Shown here piece by piece: positions 18,762 through 28,768 of a stretch of 64,000 nt of DNA (position 1 is the stretch's first letter; each line of letters begins with the position of its first letter). The notes beneath the pieces were generated by a model. The model saw only the letters and a program-made list of their open reading frames with translations. It had not been told where the DNA came from and searched no databases. The stretch comes from Candidatus Caldarchaeum sp. Lineage in GTDB: Archaea; Thermoproteota; Nitrososphaeria_A; Caldarchaeales; Caldarchaeaceae. The position numbers and the translations under genes are program-made. Location of the stretch: NCBI GenBank assembly GCA_038896555.1, contig JAWACZ010000001.1, positions 8,591-72,590 on the forward strand, given 5' to 3'.

Positions 18762-20003
18762 TGGTCGGAGCTAAAGCTGGTTTGCCGCAACTGTGAATCT
18801 GAGTCCCCCCCAGAGCTGAGAAACGTATGCGACAGATGCCTCGGCGCCCTCGACGTAGTCTATGAAAACGTAAGCCACGGCCTAAGGGATAGGCTGAAGT
18901 CGAGCACCGTCAGAGGAGTTTGGCGCTATGCGGAGCTCCTGCCGGTTGACAAGAAGTTTTGGGTGGATATTGGCGCTGGAGGAACCCCGCTTGTCAAGAC
19001 ACGGGAGCTTGCTAAAGCTGTTGGCATCCGAAACCTGTACATAAAAAACGACACAGTAAACCCGACTTTTTCGTTCAAAGACAGACCTGCCTCCGTAGCT
19101 GTCTCTAAGGCTAGAGAGTTCGGGATAGGGCTTGTTGGATGTGCGTCAACAGGCAACCTTGCGTCGGCAACCCTAGCCCATGCAGCAGCGGCTGGGTTGA
19201 CAGGGTTTGTGTTAATGCCTGATACCGTAGAGCTGCCTAAGGTGAAGCAAGCCTCGGTTTACGGTGGCAGGGTTATACTAGTCGACGGAACTTACGACGA
19301 CGTAAACAGGCTGGCCTACCTACTCGTTGACAGGGCCGACGTAGGCATAGTAAACGTGAACTTAAGGCCTTTCTATGTGGAGGGGTCCAAGACCATGATT
19401 TTTGAAATTGTGGAGCAGCTGGGTTGGAGAGCTCCTCAACACCTCGTAGTTCCAATGGCCAGCGGCGCTTTGTTCGGAGCATTGCATAAAGGACTTAAAG
19501 AACTGGAAAAGTTTGGAGTTATAAACTCAGCTGACACCTTGTTCCACGGAGTCCAGCCTGATGGATGCTCGCCAATCTCTAAAGCCTTCGAGACAGGTTC
19601 TGATGAGATAAAACCTGTTAAAACACCGAACACCTTGGTTAAGAGTCTCGCAATAGGAACCCCTGGCGACGGCCTATATGCCTTATCTGTAGCAAGAAAT
19701 ACTGGCGGAACCTGTCAAACCGTCTCCGACGAAGAGACTGTTGAAGCGGTAAAGCTTCTCAGCAAATACGCTGGAATATTCGCCGAGCCCGGAGGCGCTA
19801 TCACCTTGGCCGCTGTTAAGAAAATGAGGGATGAAGGTGTGTTGGATGAGGGTGATGAGGTTGTTTGCTGCGTTACGGGAGCAGGCTTCAAAGCAGACGA
19901 AGTCATAGAAAGGATAACCGGCTACACGCATGTGGTTCCGGCTAAACTAGACAAGATTCTTGAGGCCCTGAACACCAGCCATATCATAACAGAGCAACCA
20001 TAG
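18762..20003 (+). CDS. thrC: Threonine synthase (5' end/start codon unresolved)
   Basis: It has a PLP-enzyme core (FSFKDR lysine motif, GNLA). The in-frame sequence upstream of the listed start (18963) encodes the ThrC Zn-ribbon (CRNC...CDRC) and the WRYAELLP motif. No ATG, GTG or TTG is in that frame (see findings). Confidence 0.85.
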   Translation, partial: WSELKLVCRNCESESPPELRNVCDRCLGALDVVYENVSHGLRDRLKSSTVRGVWRYAELLPVDKKFWVDIGAGGTPLVKTRELAKAVGIRNLYIKNDTVNPTFSFKDRPASVAVSKAREFGIGLVGCASTGNLASATLAHAAAAGLTGFVLMPDTVELPKVKQASVYGGRVILVDGTYDDVNRLAYLLVDRADVGIVNVNLRPFYVEGSKTMIFEIVEQLGWRAPQHLVVPMASGALFGALHKGLKELEKFGVINSADTLFHGVQPDGCSPISKAFETGSDEIKPVKTPNTLVKSLAIGTPGDGLYALSVARNTGGTCQTVSDEETVEAVKLLSKYAGIFAEPGGAITLAAVKKMRDEGVLDEGDEVVCCVTGAGFKADEVIERITGYTHVVPAKLDKILEALNTSHIITEQP

Positions 20004-20005
20004 TT

Positions 20006-20494
20006 TTATTTTTTGAAGTATTTTTCCACCGGCTTTGTTGAGTACACCACTATTACTTCCTCTCTGAATTTTCTGTTTGGCACTAGTATCATGCATTCGT
20101 CGCCGGATATGACGACCCGTGTCAACGTAATGTCTATTATCTTGCCTCTCTTACCCTCCAACTCCACCTCGCTTCCTATGTTTATCCTCGGGTCTAGCGC
20201 TATTGATATGCCTGAAAGGATGTCTGAGACCCAGGGGACAAGCGCTAAAGCGAATAGAAGCCCGAGGGCTCCGGCGGTGGCCAAAACTCCTACTACAAAC
20301 TCGAAGAACCGCCAGAGGTATGCAACGTAGCCGACATAGCCCGCCGCCAACATCACCAAAACAACATACAGCACTTTCCTGTGTTCCTGCCTAAACCTTC
20401 TTCTAAGAATGTATCTGATGGCTATAGAGATAACGGCAAACACTGCTGTCGCGGCTAGGGTTAACGAAAACTCGGCGGAAGACATACATATCAA
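20006..20494 (-). CDS. Small MscS-family mechanosensitive channel-like protein
   Basis: 162 aa. TM helices are followed by an MscS beta-domain pattern (IGSEVELEGKRGKIIDITLTRVVI...ILVPNRKF). Confidence 0.65.
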   Translation of the reverse strand: MICMSSAEFSLTLAATAVFAVISIAIRYILRRRFRQEHRKVLYVVLVMLAAGYVGYVAYLWRFFEFVVGVLATAGALGLLFALALVPWVSDILSGISIALDPRINIGSEVELEGKRGKIIDITLTRVVISGDECMILVPNRKFREEVIVVYSTKPVEKYFKK

Positions 20495-20870
20495 TTTCCA
20501 ATTTAGACTTTTTTACCTTTTCCAAAATGCTCAGAGCTCAAGATCTAGATCACCGAATCAGCCTGGTCAGACTCATCATCGCAACACCAATTTGAACATT
20601 GGGTCTCTTAAGCATTTTGCATGCAGAAGCTGCAAGCCAATCCAAAGTATTTATAATGAGCATTAGCAGGAAACGACATAACGGACTATAGTCTCCTTCT
20701 TCAATCTTTCGAAGTGGAAAAGGTCGAGCAATCTCTCATAACTCTCGCGCCCTACAACCTGTACACCAGTCATGGATATAAGGGAGAGCAGCATCCCAAA
20801 CTTAACAGAGCTAATTAAGGCATTCGATACAGCGACTAGATAACTGGCCAAGCCGGGATGTGACAGGTTT

Positions 20871-21857
20871 TCACATGCTCCACAGACCGTCGGATATTGA
20901 CGCCAATTTTTTCTTGACAGTTTTCCAGTCAGCATCTACAGCCAGGCTATACTCTGTTGTTGTATGTTGGACTGCATAGCCTGCTTCGGCGAGGAAGTCC
21001 AGATGTGAGAGAGTTTCAAGTATTGCAAGCCATTTGTCGAACGGCCCTAGGCTACTGTAGCTGCCTTTAGACCATTTTATCTCACTGGCGACCTCTAAAG
21101 GAGTCTTCATACCTCTCCGTAGTGCTTGAGCTGTTTGAGAAAGCCTTTCAAAATGATGTGAGAAAATCTCTTTCACACGGGGGCGGCAGTCCTTGAAGAG
21201 AGCACCATGCGAGGGCAGGATCAGGCTTACGTTAAGCCTCGCTACTCTGACGAGGCTCCTCAAATAATCTGAGAGGGGATGATAGCCGTCTATCGGCACG
21301 TAGGCAACGTTTGAGGTATCGTCGCTCAATATCAGGTCTCCTGTGATTGCTGCTTCTTCGCCTACCAGAACGACGTGACCCGGTGTGTGGCCGGGAGTGT
21401 GCAAAACCCGCCAGGACCCTAGAATCATGCCTTCGTAGGCAAAGGCATCCGGCTCGGGGAAAGTCTGTAGATAGCTTAAAGCCGCTTTCAAGGTTGAGTG
21501 CTCTTCTCCTTGAAAGATTTTTGACAGCCATGAGTCGGCTTTAAGAGCCTGTCTAAGCGTGTGAAGTTCCTTTTCGTGGAAGACCAGCTTTGCGGCCTTG
21601 TTTGCTTTGACTGCGGATGCGCCGCCTGAATGGTCTAAATGGAGATGGGTCAAAACAGTCTTTGAGACCATGTATTTTTCAACTATGCGCAGCAGGTCGT
21701 TAACCGTCTTCCGATAGCCAGTGTCAACCAAATAATAGCCGTCGATGTTCTCTAATAAAAAGCATCTCACGGGTTTTTCAACGTCCATGTCGAGCTCTAT
21801 TGCCTTAACTCCTGGGATGGGTTCCCAGACCTCAGTCAACCCAAGAAAACATCTCAA
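20871..21857 (-). CDS. MBL-fold metallo-hydrolase
   Basis: 328 aa with the THLHLDHSGG motif and HTPGHTPGH. Confidence 0.85.
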   Translation of the reverse strand: MRCFLGLTEVWEPIPGVKAIELDMDVEKPVRCFLLENIDGYYLVDTGYRKTVNDLLRIVEKYMVSKTVLTHLHLDHSGGASAVKANKAAKLVFHEKELHTLRQALKADSWLSKIFQGEEHSTLKAALSYLQTFPEPDAFAYEGMILGSWRVLHTPGHTPGHVVLVGEEAAITGDLILSDDTSNVAYVPIDGYHPLSDYLRSLVRVARLNVSLILPSHGALFKDCRPRVKEIFSHHFERLSQTAQALRRGMKTPLEVASEIKWSKGSYSSLGPFDKWLAILETLSHLDFLAEAGYAVQHTTTEYSLAVDADWKTVKKKLASISDGLWSM

Positions 21858-21872
21858 CGCATGATTTAACTC

Positions 21873-23102
21873 TCAAAAAGCCGGCCAAATGTGAGGGTTC
21901 TTGCCTCGGAAGAAAACGTAGAAGAGGAATACAGCGACGCCGTAGAAGATTCCGCAGAGGTAGAAGGGTAGGGAGAGAGAAACATTCTGCATTAAATACC
22001 CTCCAACGGTAGGCGTAGCAGCGTTTGGAACACTCCATGTGATCGCCATCACGCCCGACGAAGTCGCTCGTTCCTCAGGGTCGGTTAAACCTAGAATGAG
22101 CGATGTGACGAGCGGGTTAACCATGTTCATAAACAAGCCTCTCAAAACGACTAGAACTCCTGCTACGGCGTAACTTTCAGCAAGGGGGATCAAAACCAGC
22201 AATATTGTAGCAAGAGTCTGGGAATAAACTATTGTGCGAACTACTCCGAAGGATTCAGCCAGCCTTGGAGCCAAAAGGAAAGAAAACAAGAGAGTTATGT
22301 TTGCCACTGCATAAAGTGGCGCAAGCACGGTTTCATCAACTTTGAATCTGAGATAAAACCAGTATGGAAAAAGGGGTATAACCAATCCAGCTCCCAACGC
22401 AAAAAGCGCCTGGACTACGCTGATTCTGCTTATGACGTGTATAGACTTTCTGGGAAGGAAGCTGCGTTTGCCGTCGACGACCAAATCTTCTTTGACTAAG
22501 GCGAAGACAGGTGCAGCGAATATGGGCATAATGGCTGCTACGGCGATCACAGGTTTGTAGGAATCCAACTCGTTGAATGCAAGCTGTGTTCTTAACAGGG
22601 GTGGAAGCCATGCCAGCAAAGACGCTGCAACAACTCCAATCATGTTTACAGCAGAGCTCAAGCTGAAGACAGCGTTTCTCCTCTCGGGCAGAGTAACGTT
22701 AGCCATCCAAGCAGAGAAAGGCGCGTAAAACATGCTTATGGCAAGCCCGAGTACTATGCTATCGAGGAGAACATGGATGAACCTCGTAAACACTATGTAG
22801 CCTAGAAAAGAAGCTCCAGCGAGAAGAGATGCTGACGTAACGAATTTTTTCCTGCCATATCTATCGGCCAGCATTCCAAGAGGCAGGGATAGAAAAGCCG
22901 CAGTAAGCTGTCCGGCTGTGATTATCATTCCTACCTGAGTTCCATCCATGCCAGTCTTGGCGAAGAATATGGGGAGAACCAGCTGCATCAAACCCATCTG
23001 AAACATGAAAAAAGCTTGACCAGTTATGAGTAACTTAACATCTTTGCTAAGCCCTACGAAGTACGAGAATGTCTTTAGTGCTGTGTTTATGAGGGTCGTC
23101 AT
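21873..23102 (-). CDS. MFS transporter
   Basis: 409 aa, about 12 predicted TM helices, and an MFS loop motif GMLADRYGRKK. Confidence 0.85.
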   Translation of the reverse strand: MTTLINTALKTFSYFVGLSKDVKLLITGQAFFMFQMGLMQLVLPIFFAKTGMDGTQVGMIITAGQLTAAFLSLPLGMLADRYGRKKFVTSASLLAGASFLGYIVFTRFIHVLLDSIVLGLAISMFYAPFSAWMANVTLPERRNAVFSLSSAVNMIGVVAASLLAWLPPLLRTQLAFNELDSYKPVIAVAAIMPIFAAPVFALVKEDLVVDGKRSFLPRKSIHVISRISVVQALFALGAGLVIPLFPYWFYLRFKVDETVLAPLYAVANITLLFSFLLAPRLAESFGVVRTIVYSQTLATILLVLIPLAESYAVAGVLVVLRGLFMNMVNPLVTSLILGLTDPEERATSSGVMAITWSVPNAATPTVGGYLMQNVSLSLPFYLCGIFYGVAVFLFYVFFRGKNPHIWPAF

Positions 23103-23224
23103 CGGTTAAATGTTTGAAAACAGCCAACTTTAAGGGTGTAGAACGGTTTTGGATTTAAGAGTAGTCCCACTTTCAACCATCTCTCAATCTTTTATGCCGG
23201 TGGTGGCGAAGATATTGGCAGGTT

Positions 23225-24397
23225 ATGCCGGTCTTCAAGAATGAGGAGAAGCTCTCCCCCGAATACGTTCCCGAAAAGCTTCTCTACAGGGAGGAAGAGC
23301 TTAAACTTCTCAACTCTTTCTTCTCCTCACTCCTAACCGATGAGAGGCCTTTCCAGGTGAGGGTTTTCATATCGGGCGCCGTGGGGACTGGGAAGACAAG
23401 CCTCGCAAAACTCTTCGGTCAACATATAGAGCGTGAAGCTAGGAGGGTTGGGAAAAAAATCAGGTACATTCACGTCAACTGCAGGATAAACAAATCCCTC
23501 TACACCGTTTTAAGGAAGGTTGTTGAACAACTCGGCGTCAACCTTCCCAGAAGAGGCTACTCCGACGAGGAAATCCTCGGAATACTGGTGAGGTTCCTGC
23601 GCCTAAACAACGTTAGGCTGATCCTGTGCTTAGACGAGGTCGAAGCCCTCATCTCTGAAGAAGGCGGAGGACCGATATACTTGCTGACTAGAAGCGGCGA
23701 AGACATAGAGGACGGCAGCTTGACCTCGGTCATACTCATCTTTAGGGAACCTGATTTCCTAGAACGGCTGGATGCACAGACATTAAGCGGGCTTGGGAGA
23801 AACAACATACATCTAAACGAATACGTCTACACACAGTTGTTTGAAATCCTTCGATACAGGGCTTCTGAAGCCTTCTACCGAAACGCCATATCCGATGAGG
23901 TGCTCGAGTTCCTTGCAGAGGCTGCAGCCGAGCGAAAAGACGCACGCTACGCTATAGACCTTCTTTGGAGGTCTGGAAAGTACGCGGAAGCAGAGGGAAG
24001 CGAAACTGTGACAGCGGAGCACGTAAGGAAAGCGCTGGCAAGCGTGTACCCAACTATCAGAAGGGAAAACCTTTCATACCTGAAGCGTGACGAAAAGCTT
24101 GTTTTGCTTGCTTCCGCCAGAAGTCTTGTGGGAGACAGGACGGCTGTAACCGCTGCTGAGCTCTTCCAACACTACAAGGTCGTCTGCGAGGAGATGGGGG
24201 ACGAGGCGAAGGGCTACACGACATTCTGGGAAACCCTTCAGCAGCTGCAGGACCTTGGGTTTCTACGTCTGATCATCAGGAGCGAAGGCGCCAGAGGCAG
24301 GAAAACATACGTATACCTGCCGGGCATCCCAGTCCAGCTGCTTGAAAGAGAGCTGGTCGAAGACCTTAACCGCGAAACTTCCCACGAGGCCTTCTAA
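23225..24397 (+). CDS. cdc6: Orc1/Cdc6 replication initiator
   Basis: 390 aa. It has the N-terminal LLYREEEL motif, Walker A GAVGTGKT, Walker B LDEVE, and a C-terminal winged helix. Confidence 0.95.
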   Translation: MPVFKNEEKLSPEYVPEKLLYREEELKLLNSFFSSLLTDERPFQVRVFISGAVGTGKTSLAKLFGQHIEREARRVGKKIRYIHVNCRINKSLYTVLRKVVEQLGVNLPRRGYSDEEILGILVRFLRLNNVRLILCLDEVEALISEEGGGPIYLLTRSGEDIEDGSLTSVILIFREPDFLERLDAQTLSGLGRNNIHLNEYVYTQLFEILRYRASEAFYRNAISDEVLEFLAEAAAERKDARYAIDLLWRSGKYAEAEGSETVTAEHVRKALASVYPTIRRENLSYLKRDEKLVLLASARSLVGDRTAVTAAELFQHYKVVCEEMGDEAKGYTTFWETLQQLQDLGFLRLIIRSEGARGRKTYVYLPGIPVQLLERELVEDLNRETSHEAF

Positions 24398-24502
24398 CGA
24401 ACAAATCATATGGACAACCGCAACCATGATAGATATCCTAACGTCTGTGGTCAACACCCATTGGACCCTAAGGTTTAATAATGCATGAAAAAATGATTTC
24501 GG

Positions 24503-25366
24503 TTGGTTTTGATCCACGATGTTCACATACATGTCAGCAAATTCAGCGAGTTGAACAACCTTTCACTGACTTTTATGAGCAACAATCCGGTGTTTGTAGA
24601 GCACAGAAGGCGTCTGGAAACGGACCCTAAGTATCTTGTCAATATACTCGACGGAGAAGATGTAGGTAAGGCTGTTTTGATTAACTATGTAGCACCCGAC
24701 ACACTTGGGTTTACAAGGGATGTGAATAGATTTGCGTCAGAGTATTGCAGGGAATTTCCCGACCGACTTGTTCCTTTCGGCTCGATTCATCCCCGCTTTT
24801 CGCAAAACCCCAAAGCCGAGCTGGAAGAGCTCTACTCAAAGTTTGAGATAAAGGGGATCAAGCTGCACCCGGTCCACCAGTTGGTATACCCAAACCAGTA
24901 CTTGGAAGAGTTTGGACCGCTCAGGCTGAAATCTCTAGAAATACTATACGACTTCTGCCAGCAGAACAACCTGCCGGTCACGGTACACACGGGAAGCTCG
25001 ATGTTCCCGACTGCACGCAACAAATACGGAGATCCTCTGTTTCTAGATGATGTCGCAGTTGATTTTCCCCGGCTGAAGATAATCATGGCCCATGGAGGGA
25101 GGCCGTTTTGGATGCAGAAGGCGTTCTTCATACTACGCCGCCACCCGAATGTATATCTGGATATATCGGGCATACCACCAAAACGCCTGCTCGACTACTT
25201 TCCTAGGCTTGAAGAAATCTACGAAAAAACCATTTTCGGGTCCGACTGGCCCAGCCCAGGCGTGAAACGAATCAGCGAAAACGCGAAGCAGATCGTGAAC
25301 CTACCGATCAGCACCGAAGCAAAAGAAGCAATCCTTAGAAACAACTTCTCAAAGCTTGGCCTGTAA
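24503..25366 (+). CDS. Amidohydrolase_2-type TIM-barrel metal hydrolase/decarboxylase family protein
   Basis: 287 aa. It has the N-terminal HDVHIH (HxH) motif, an internal HP..Q, and AHGG later, as in the ACMSD/LigW-like family. Confidence 0.75.
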   Translation: MVLIHDVHIHVSKFSELNNLSLTFMSNNPVFVEHRRRLETDPKYLVNILDGEDVGKAVLINYVAPDTLGFTRDVNRFASEYCREFPDRLVPFGSIHPRFSQNPKAELEELYSKFEIKGIKLHPVHQLVYPNQYLEEFGPLRLKSLEILYDFCQQNNLPVTVHTGSSMFPTARNKYGDPLFLDDVAVDFPRLKIIMAHGGRPFWMQKAFFILRRHPNVYLDISGIPPKRLLDYFPRLEEIYEKTIFGSDWPSPGVKRISENAKQIVNLPISTEAKEAILRNNFSKLGL

Positions 25367-25591
25367 CCTTTTACACCTCAATCCGAATTTTGAGAACCAG
25401 CGGTGCTATACATGATGTCCTGCGCGTGGAGACCGTATTGCCAAGCCTCCATCGTAGAGGCGTCATCTCGTGTACATGGTGGTTTAGCAGCTGGTAACCG
25501 AGCTGTTATCTGCCCATCCTCTACCTAAACTCTGGTCAGTGGCCGAAGGATGTTTCCAGAACTGAAAACCATTACCGTGAGGTAAGCAGCC

Positions 25592-27166
25592 CTATCGCTG
25601 TTGTTTGGCGTACTTCTCTGCCTCGGCTTGCCTGAGCATTCTCCTGAGAATCTTTCCCGTCGGCGTCTTGGGAAGCTCGTTGACGAACTCTATCTCTTTC
25701 GGGGCCTTGTAGGGCGCTATCCTCTGTTTTACGTGGTCTACAATCTTTTGCATCATCTCCTCCGAAGGCTCGTACCCAGGTCTGAGCGTGACAAACGCTT
25801 TAACCTTTGATCCCATTATCTCGTCGGGGGCGCCGACCACAGCTGCTTCAAGCACACCTGGCACCTCTAGGATAACTCTTTCCACCTCCATCGGCGAAAT
25901 CAGATACCCCCTGCTCTTTATGATGTCATCCGCCCTGGACACATACCAGAAGTAGCCATCTTCATCGTAGTAGCCCAGGTCTCCCGTAAAGTAATAGCCG
26001 TACTTGTGGGTCTGCTCCCATTTCTCGCTATTCTTGATATATTCTATGAATAGTCCTGGGTTGTCATCCTTGATTGCTATATGGCCGACTTCGCCGGGTT
26101 TGAGCTCCTTTCCATCATCGTCAAGTATCTTAACCACGAACCCTGGGAAGGGCTTCCCACATGAGCCGGGCTTAACCTTCATCCTAGGTGTCTCGGCGAC
26201 GAAGATATGTATCTCGGTTTGCCCGAGCCCGTCGTATATAGTTATTCCAAACCTTCTCTTCCATTCTTCGAAGGTGCTTGACGGAAGCGTTTCGCCAGCT
26301 GATATACCATGCCGTACCGAGCTTAGGTCGTATAGCTTTTCCGCATCTTTTACGGCAAGCATCATCCTGTACATCGTGGGAACCGTGCAAATAACGGTTG
26401 GCCTATATTTTTCGATGTATTCGAAGAACTTCTCCGGTGTTGGTCTTCCTGAGAATATTATTATTGACGCGCCTGCATGCAAAGAATAGACGAAGCCGCA
26501 GCCGAACGGGTAGATGAAACTATATTCCTGTGGGTGGAGAACCTTGTCGTCGTGATGCAGGTCCATCATTATTTTCGAGATTGGCTCGCCTGTAGCCACT
26601 ATCCACCGGTGTGCGTGAGCTACCCCCTTCGGAAAACCTGTTGTTCCTGACGTGTAAAATATAAAAGCCCTCTCATCCTTGCTGGTCGTCGCAATCTCTG
26701 AAATTCTGGGACCTGACATCAATTCCTTGAAAGATATTTGGTCTCCCTCTGGCTCGTCAACTATGATGGTATGTTTTAGATAGGGTGACTTTGCCTCCTC
26801 TATGGGGGGCAACAGATCCTTGGAGGTGATGACCGCGATTGCTTCCGAGTTGGCAAGTATGTGCTGCAATTCGTATGTCCTGAATAACGTGTTTGTGAAT
26901 GATGGGACCGCGCCTTTCTTCCAAGCCCCTAAGCAAGCAACCGTGTATTCAAGACAGTTCCTCAGCCTAAACAGTATTCTATCACCTCTCTTTATGCCCA
27001 ATGAAGCCAGTCCATATGCGAACCTATCGCTGAGGTCTTTCAACTCAGAGTATGTAACACGTCTGTGGTCGATGTAAATTGCCGGGTCACCCCCCCTACC
27101 CTTGTCAACCCATTTATCACATACATCCCACGCCATGTTTAGTGTTTCAGGTATTACGGCCTGCAT
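25592..27166 (-). CDS. AMP-forming acyl-CoA synthetase/ligase (ANL superfamily)
   Basis: YTSGTTGFPKGV AMP-binding motif, YFTGD, and C-terminal PKTPTGKILR. ATG 27166 gives a normal N-terminus and has a TATA-like box (aaatatttttaa on the minus strand) upstream. The listed 27427 start adds 87 implausible residues. Confidence 0.9.
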   Translation of the reverse strand: MQAVIPETLNMAWDVCDKWVDKGRGGDPAIYIDHRRVTYSELKDLSDRFAYGLASLGIKRGDRILFRLRNCLEYTVACLGAWKKGAVPSFTNTLFRTYELQHILANSEAIAVITSKDLLPPIEEAKSPYLKHTIIVDEPEGDQISFKELMSGPRISEIATTSKDERAFIFYTSGTTGFPKGVAHAHRWIVATGEPISKIMMDLHHDDKVLHPQEYSFIYPFGCGFVYSLHAGASIIIFSGRPTPEKFFEYIEKYRPTVICTVPTMYRMMLAVKDAEKLYDLSSVRHGISAGETLPSSTFEEWKRRFGITIYDGLGQTEIHIFVAETPRMKVKPGSCGKPFPGFVVKILDDDGKELKPGEVGHIAIKDDNPGLFIEYIKNSEKWEQTHKYGYYFTGDLGYYDEDGYFWYVSRADDIIKSRGYLISPMEVERVILEVPGVLEAAVVGAPDEIMGSKVKAFVTLRPGYEPSEEMMQKIVDHVKQRIAPYKAPKEIEFVNELPKTPTGKILRRMLRQAEAEKYAKQQR

Positions 27167-27769
27167 CGGTTTTATGGTGTTATGTGCTTGCTTAAAAATA
27201 TTTTGATGACATTGTTTGCCCCAAACTAGTGAACTAAACGAGTTAGGATACCTGTTGTGTCTCCTAGCTAATTGGCAGTCCGTTTTCGTGCCTCGGTTGT
27301 GAGGTGGAAGCTCGCTTCCGTCGTCGCTGAGCGTTAAACACGTTAACCGGGACTGTGTTTGATACTTAAATGACAGCCTCCAGACAACTTCCGCCGCGAA
27401 TTCGTCATGCACCAAAGATGTTTTCATTTTTCATCCGTTTCATAGTAAAACGGTGAACATCTATGTGGGAGCTATCATTTCCGCCACAACGCCCTTCCCT
27501 GCAACACAACATCATTCCATAATTAAGCCTTGACCACAGAGAATCAAGCAAACGTCCTGACTCAGGTAATAGGAATCAAAAACTTGAACACTGAAAACCA
27601 TAGAATAAGAACTGCTGTAGATTAAACGAGAAAATGCTGGCTTTTCATAATAGGGTGCAGCGTCTGAGACCAACCTTCACACTCACGCACAACCTCCTGG
27701 GAAACTAACCGGCAAACAGCCTAGATACAAATCTTTCAAACAGTTTGGAAGGAAAGGATTAAAGAGGGG

Positions 27770-28768
27770 ATGAGTGGACAATATTTAACTGGCATGAGAA
27801 TAGATATACACTCCCATTTTGTTCCTAGGTCTGCCGTGCAAAAGCTTGACGACTATGGGGTAGCAGTAGTCGACGCCGGAAGAGGACAACACACGCTGAA
27901 AATAGGTGAGAGCAGCGTTGGGCCATTCACAAAGGGAATGTTTGATGTAGAGGACAGAATCCGCGAGCTTGACGAGCTCGAGATAGATGTGCAGGTTATC
28001 TCTCCCACACATCACTTGTTTATGTACAGGACGGATGTTAAGGTGGGTAGGGTAGCCGCCAGAGCCCAGAACGAGGGAATCGCCGATGCGGTTAAGAAGG
28101 CAGGAGGCAGGCTCGTAGGCAACGCTACTCTTCCTTTACAGGATCCTGCTGCCGCGCTGGAAGAGCTTAGGTACGCCGTCGATGACCTGAACCTAAGTGG
28201 AATCGAGATCGGGACAAACATAGTTGGAAGAAACCTGGACGACGAGCTTCTCTATCCCGTTTGGCAGCGTGTGGAGGACCTAGGGTTGCCAGTGTTCGTC
28301 CATCCAAACGAAGTCATGTCTCCGGATAGGCATAGGAAGTATTATTCATCCATTGTAGTGGGCACATTGGCGGAGACGACGCTGGCCATATCCAGCATCA
28401 TCTTCGGCGGCGTGCTGGACAGATTTCCCCGGCTCAAGCTTATCTTCGCCCACGGAGGTGGGGCTGTTCCATTCCAAGCCGGAAGACTTGAACATGCTTC
28501 CAAAGTCAGACAGGAGTGCAAAGGACTCAATAGGAACTTCATGGAGTACTTGAAGATGATTCACTATGACTCAGTGCTTTTCATGCCTGAGGCACTTGAG
28601 TACTTAATCAGGCTATTCTCTGTCAAAAACGTTCTGCTAGGGACAGACTATCCATTCAACATGGGCGACTTCCAATCCCATAGACTCGTCGAGTCGCTGG
28701 ACAGTCTCACTCACGAAGAGCGGGCGATGATCTTGTCTGAGAACGCCAAACGTCTGTATTGTCTCTAA
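27770..28768 (+). CDS. Amidohydrolase_2 family protein (ACMSD / non-oxidative aromatic acid decarboxylase-like)
   Basis: 332 aa. IDIHSHFVP N-terminus, VHP, FAHGGG and GTDYPF motifs typical of PF04909-type enzymes. Confidence 0.85.
   Translation: MSGQYLTGMRIDIHSHFVPRSAVQKLDDYGVAVVDAGRGQHTLKIGESSVGPFTKGMFDVEDRIRELDELEIDVQVISPTHHLFMYRTDVKVGRVAARAQNEGIADAVKKAGGRLVGNATLPLQDPAAALEELRYAVDDLNLSGIEIGTNIVGRNLDDELLYPVWQRVEDLGLPVFVHPNEVMSPDRHRKYYSSIVVGTLAETTLAISSIIFGGVLDRFPRLKLIFAHGGGAVPFQAGRLEHASKVRQECKGLNRNFMEYLKMIHYDSVLFMPEALEYLIRLFSVKNVLLGTDYPFNMGDFQSHRLVESLDSLTHEERAMILSENAKRLYCL

Noticed and set aside
23103-23224. Possible replication origin next to cdc6 (and alternatively at 24398-24502, 17594-17707 or 11316-11562)
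   Set aside because: The cdc6-proximal intergenic regions are only about 100-120 bp. They are not markedly AT-rich, and I found no repeated ORB-like elements. The only feature is a weak imperfect inverted repeat, atgtttgaaaac / actttcaaccat. Nothing here meets the usual oriC pattern of multiple ORBs flanking a DNA-unwinding element (DUE).
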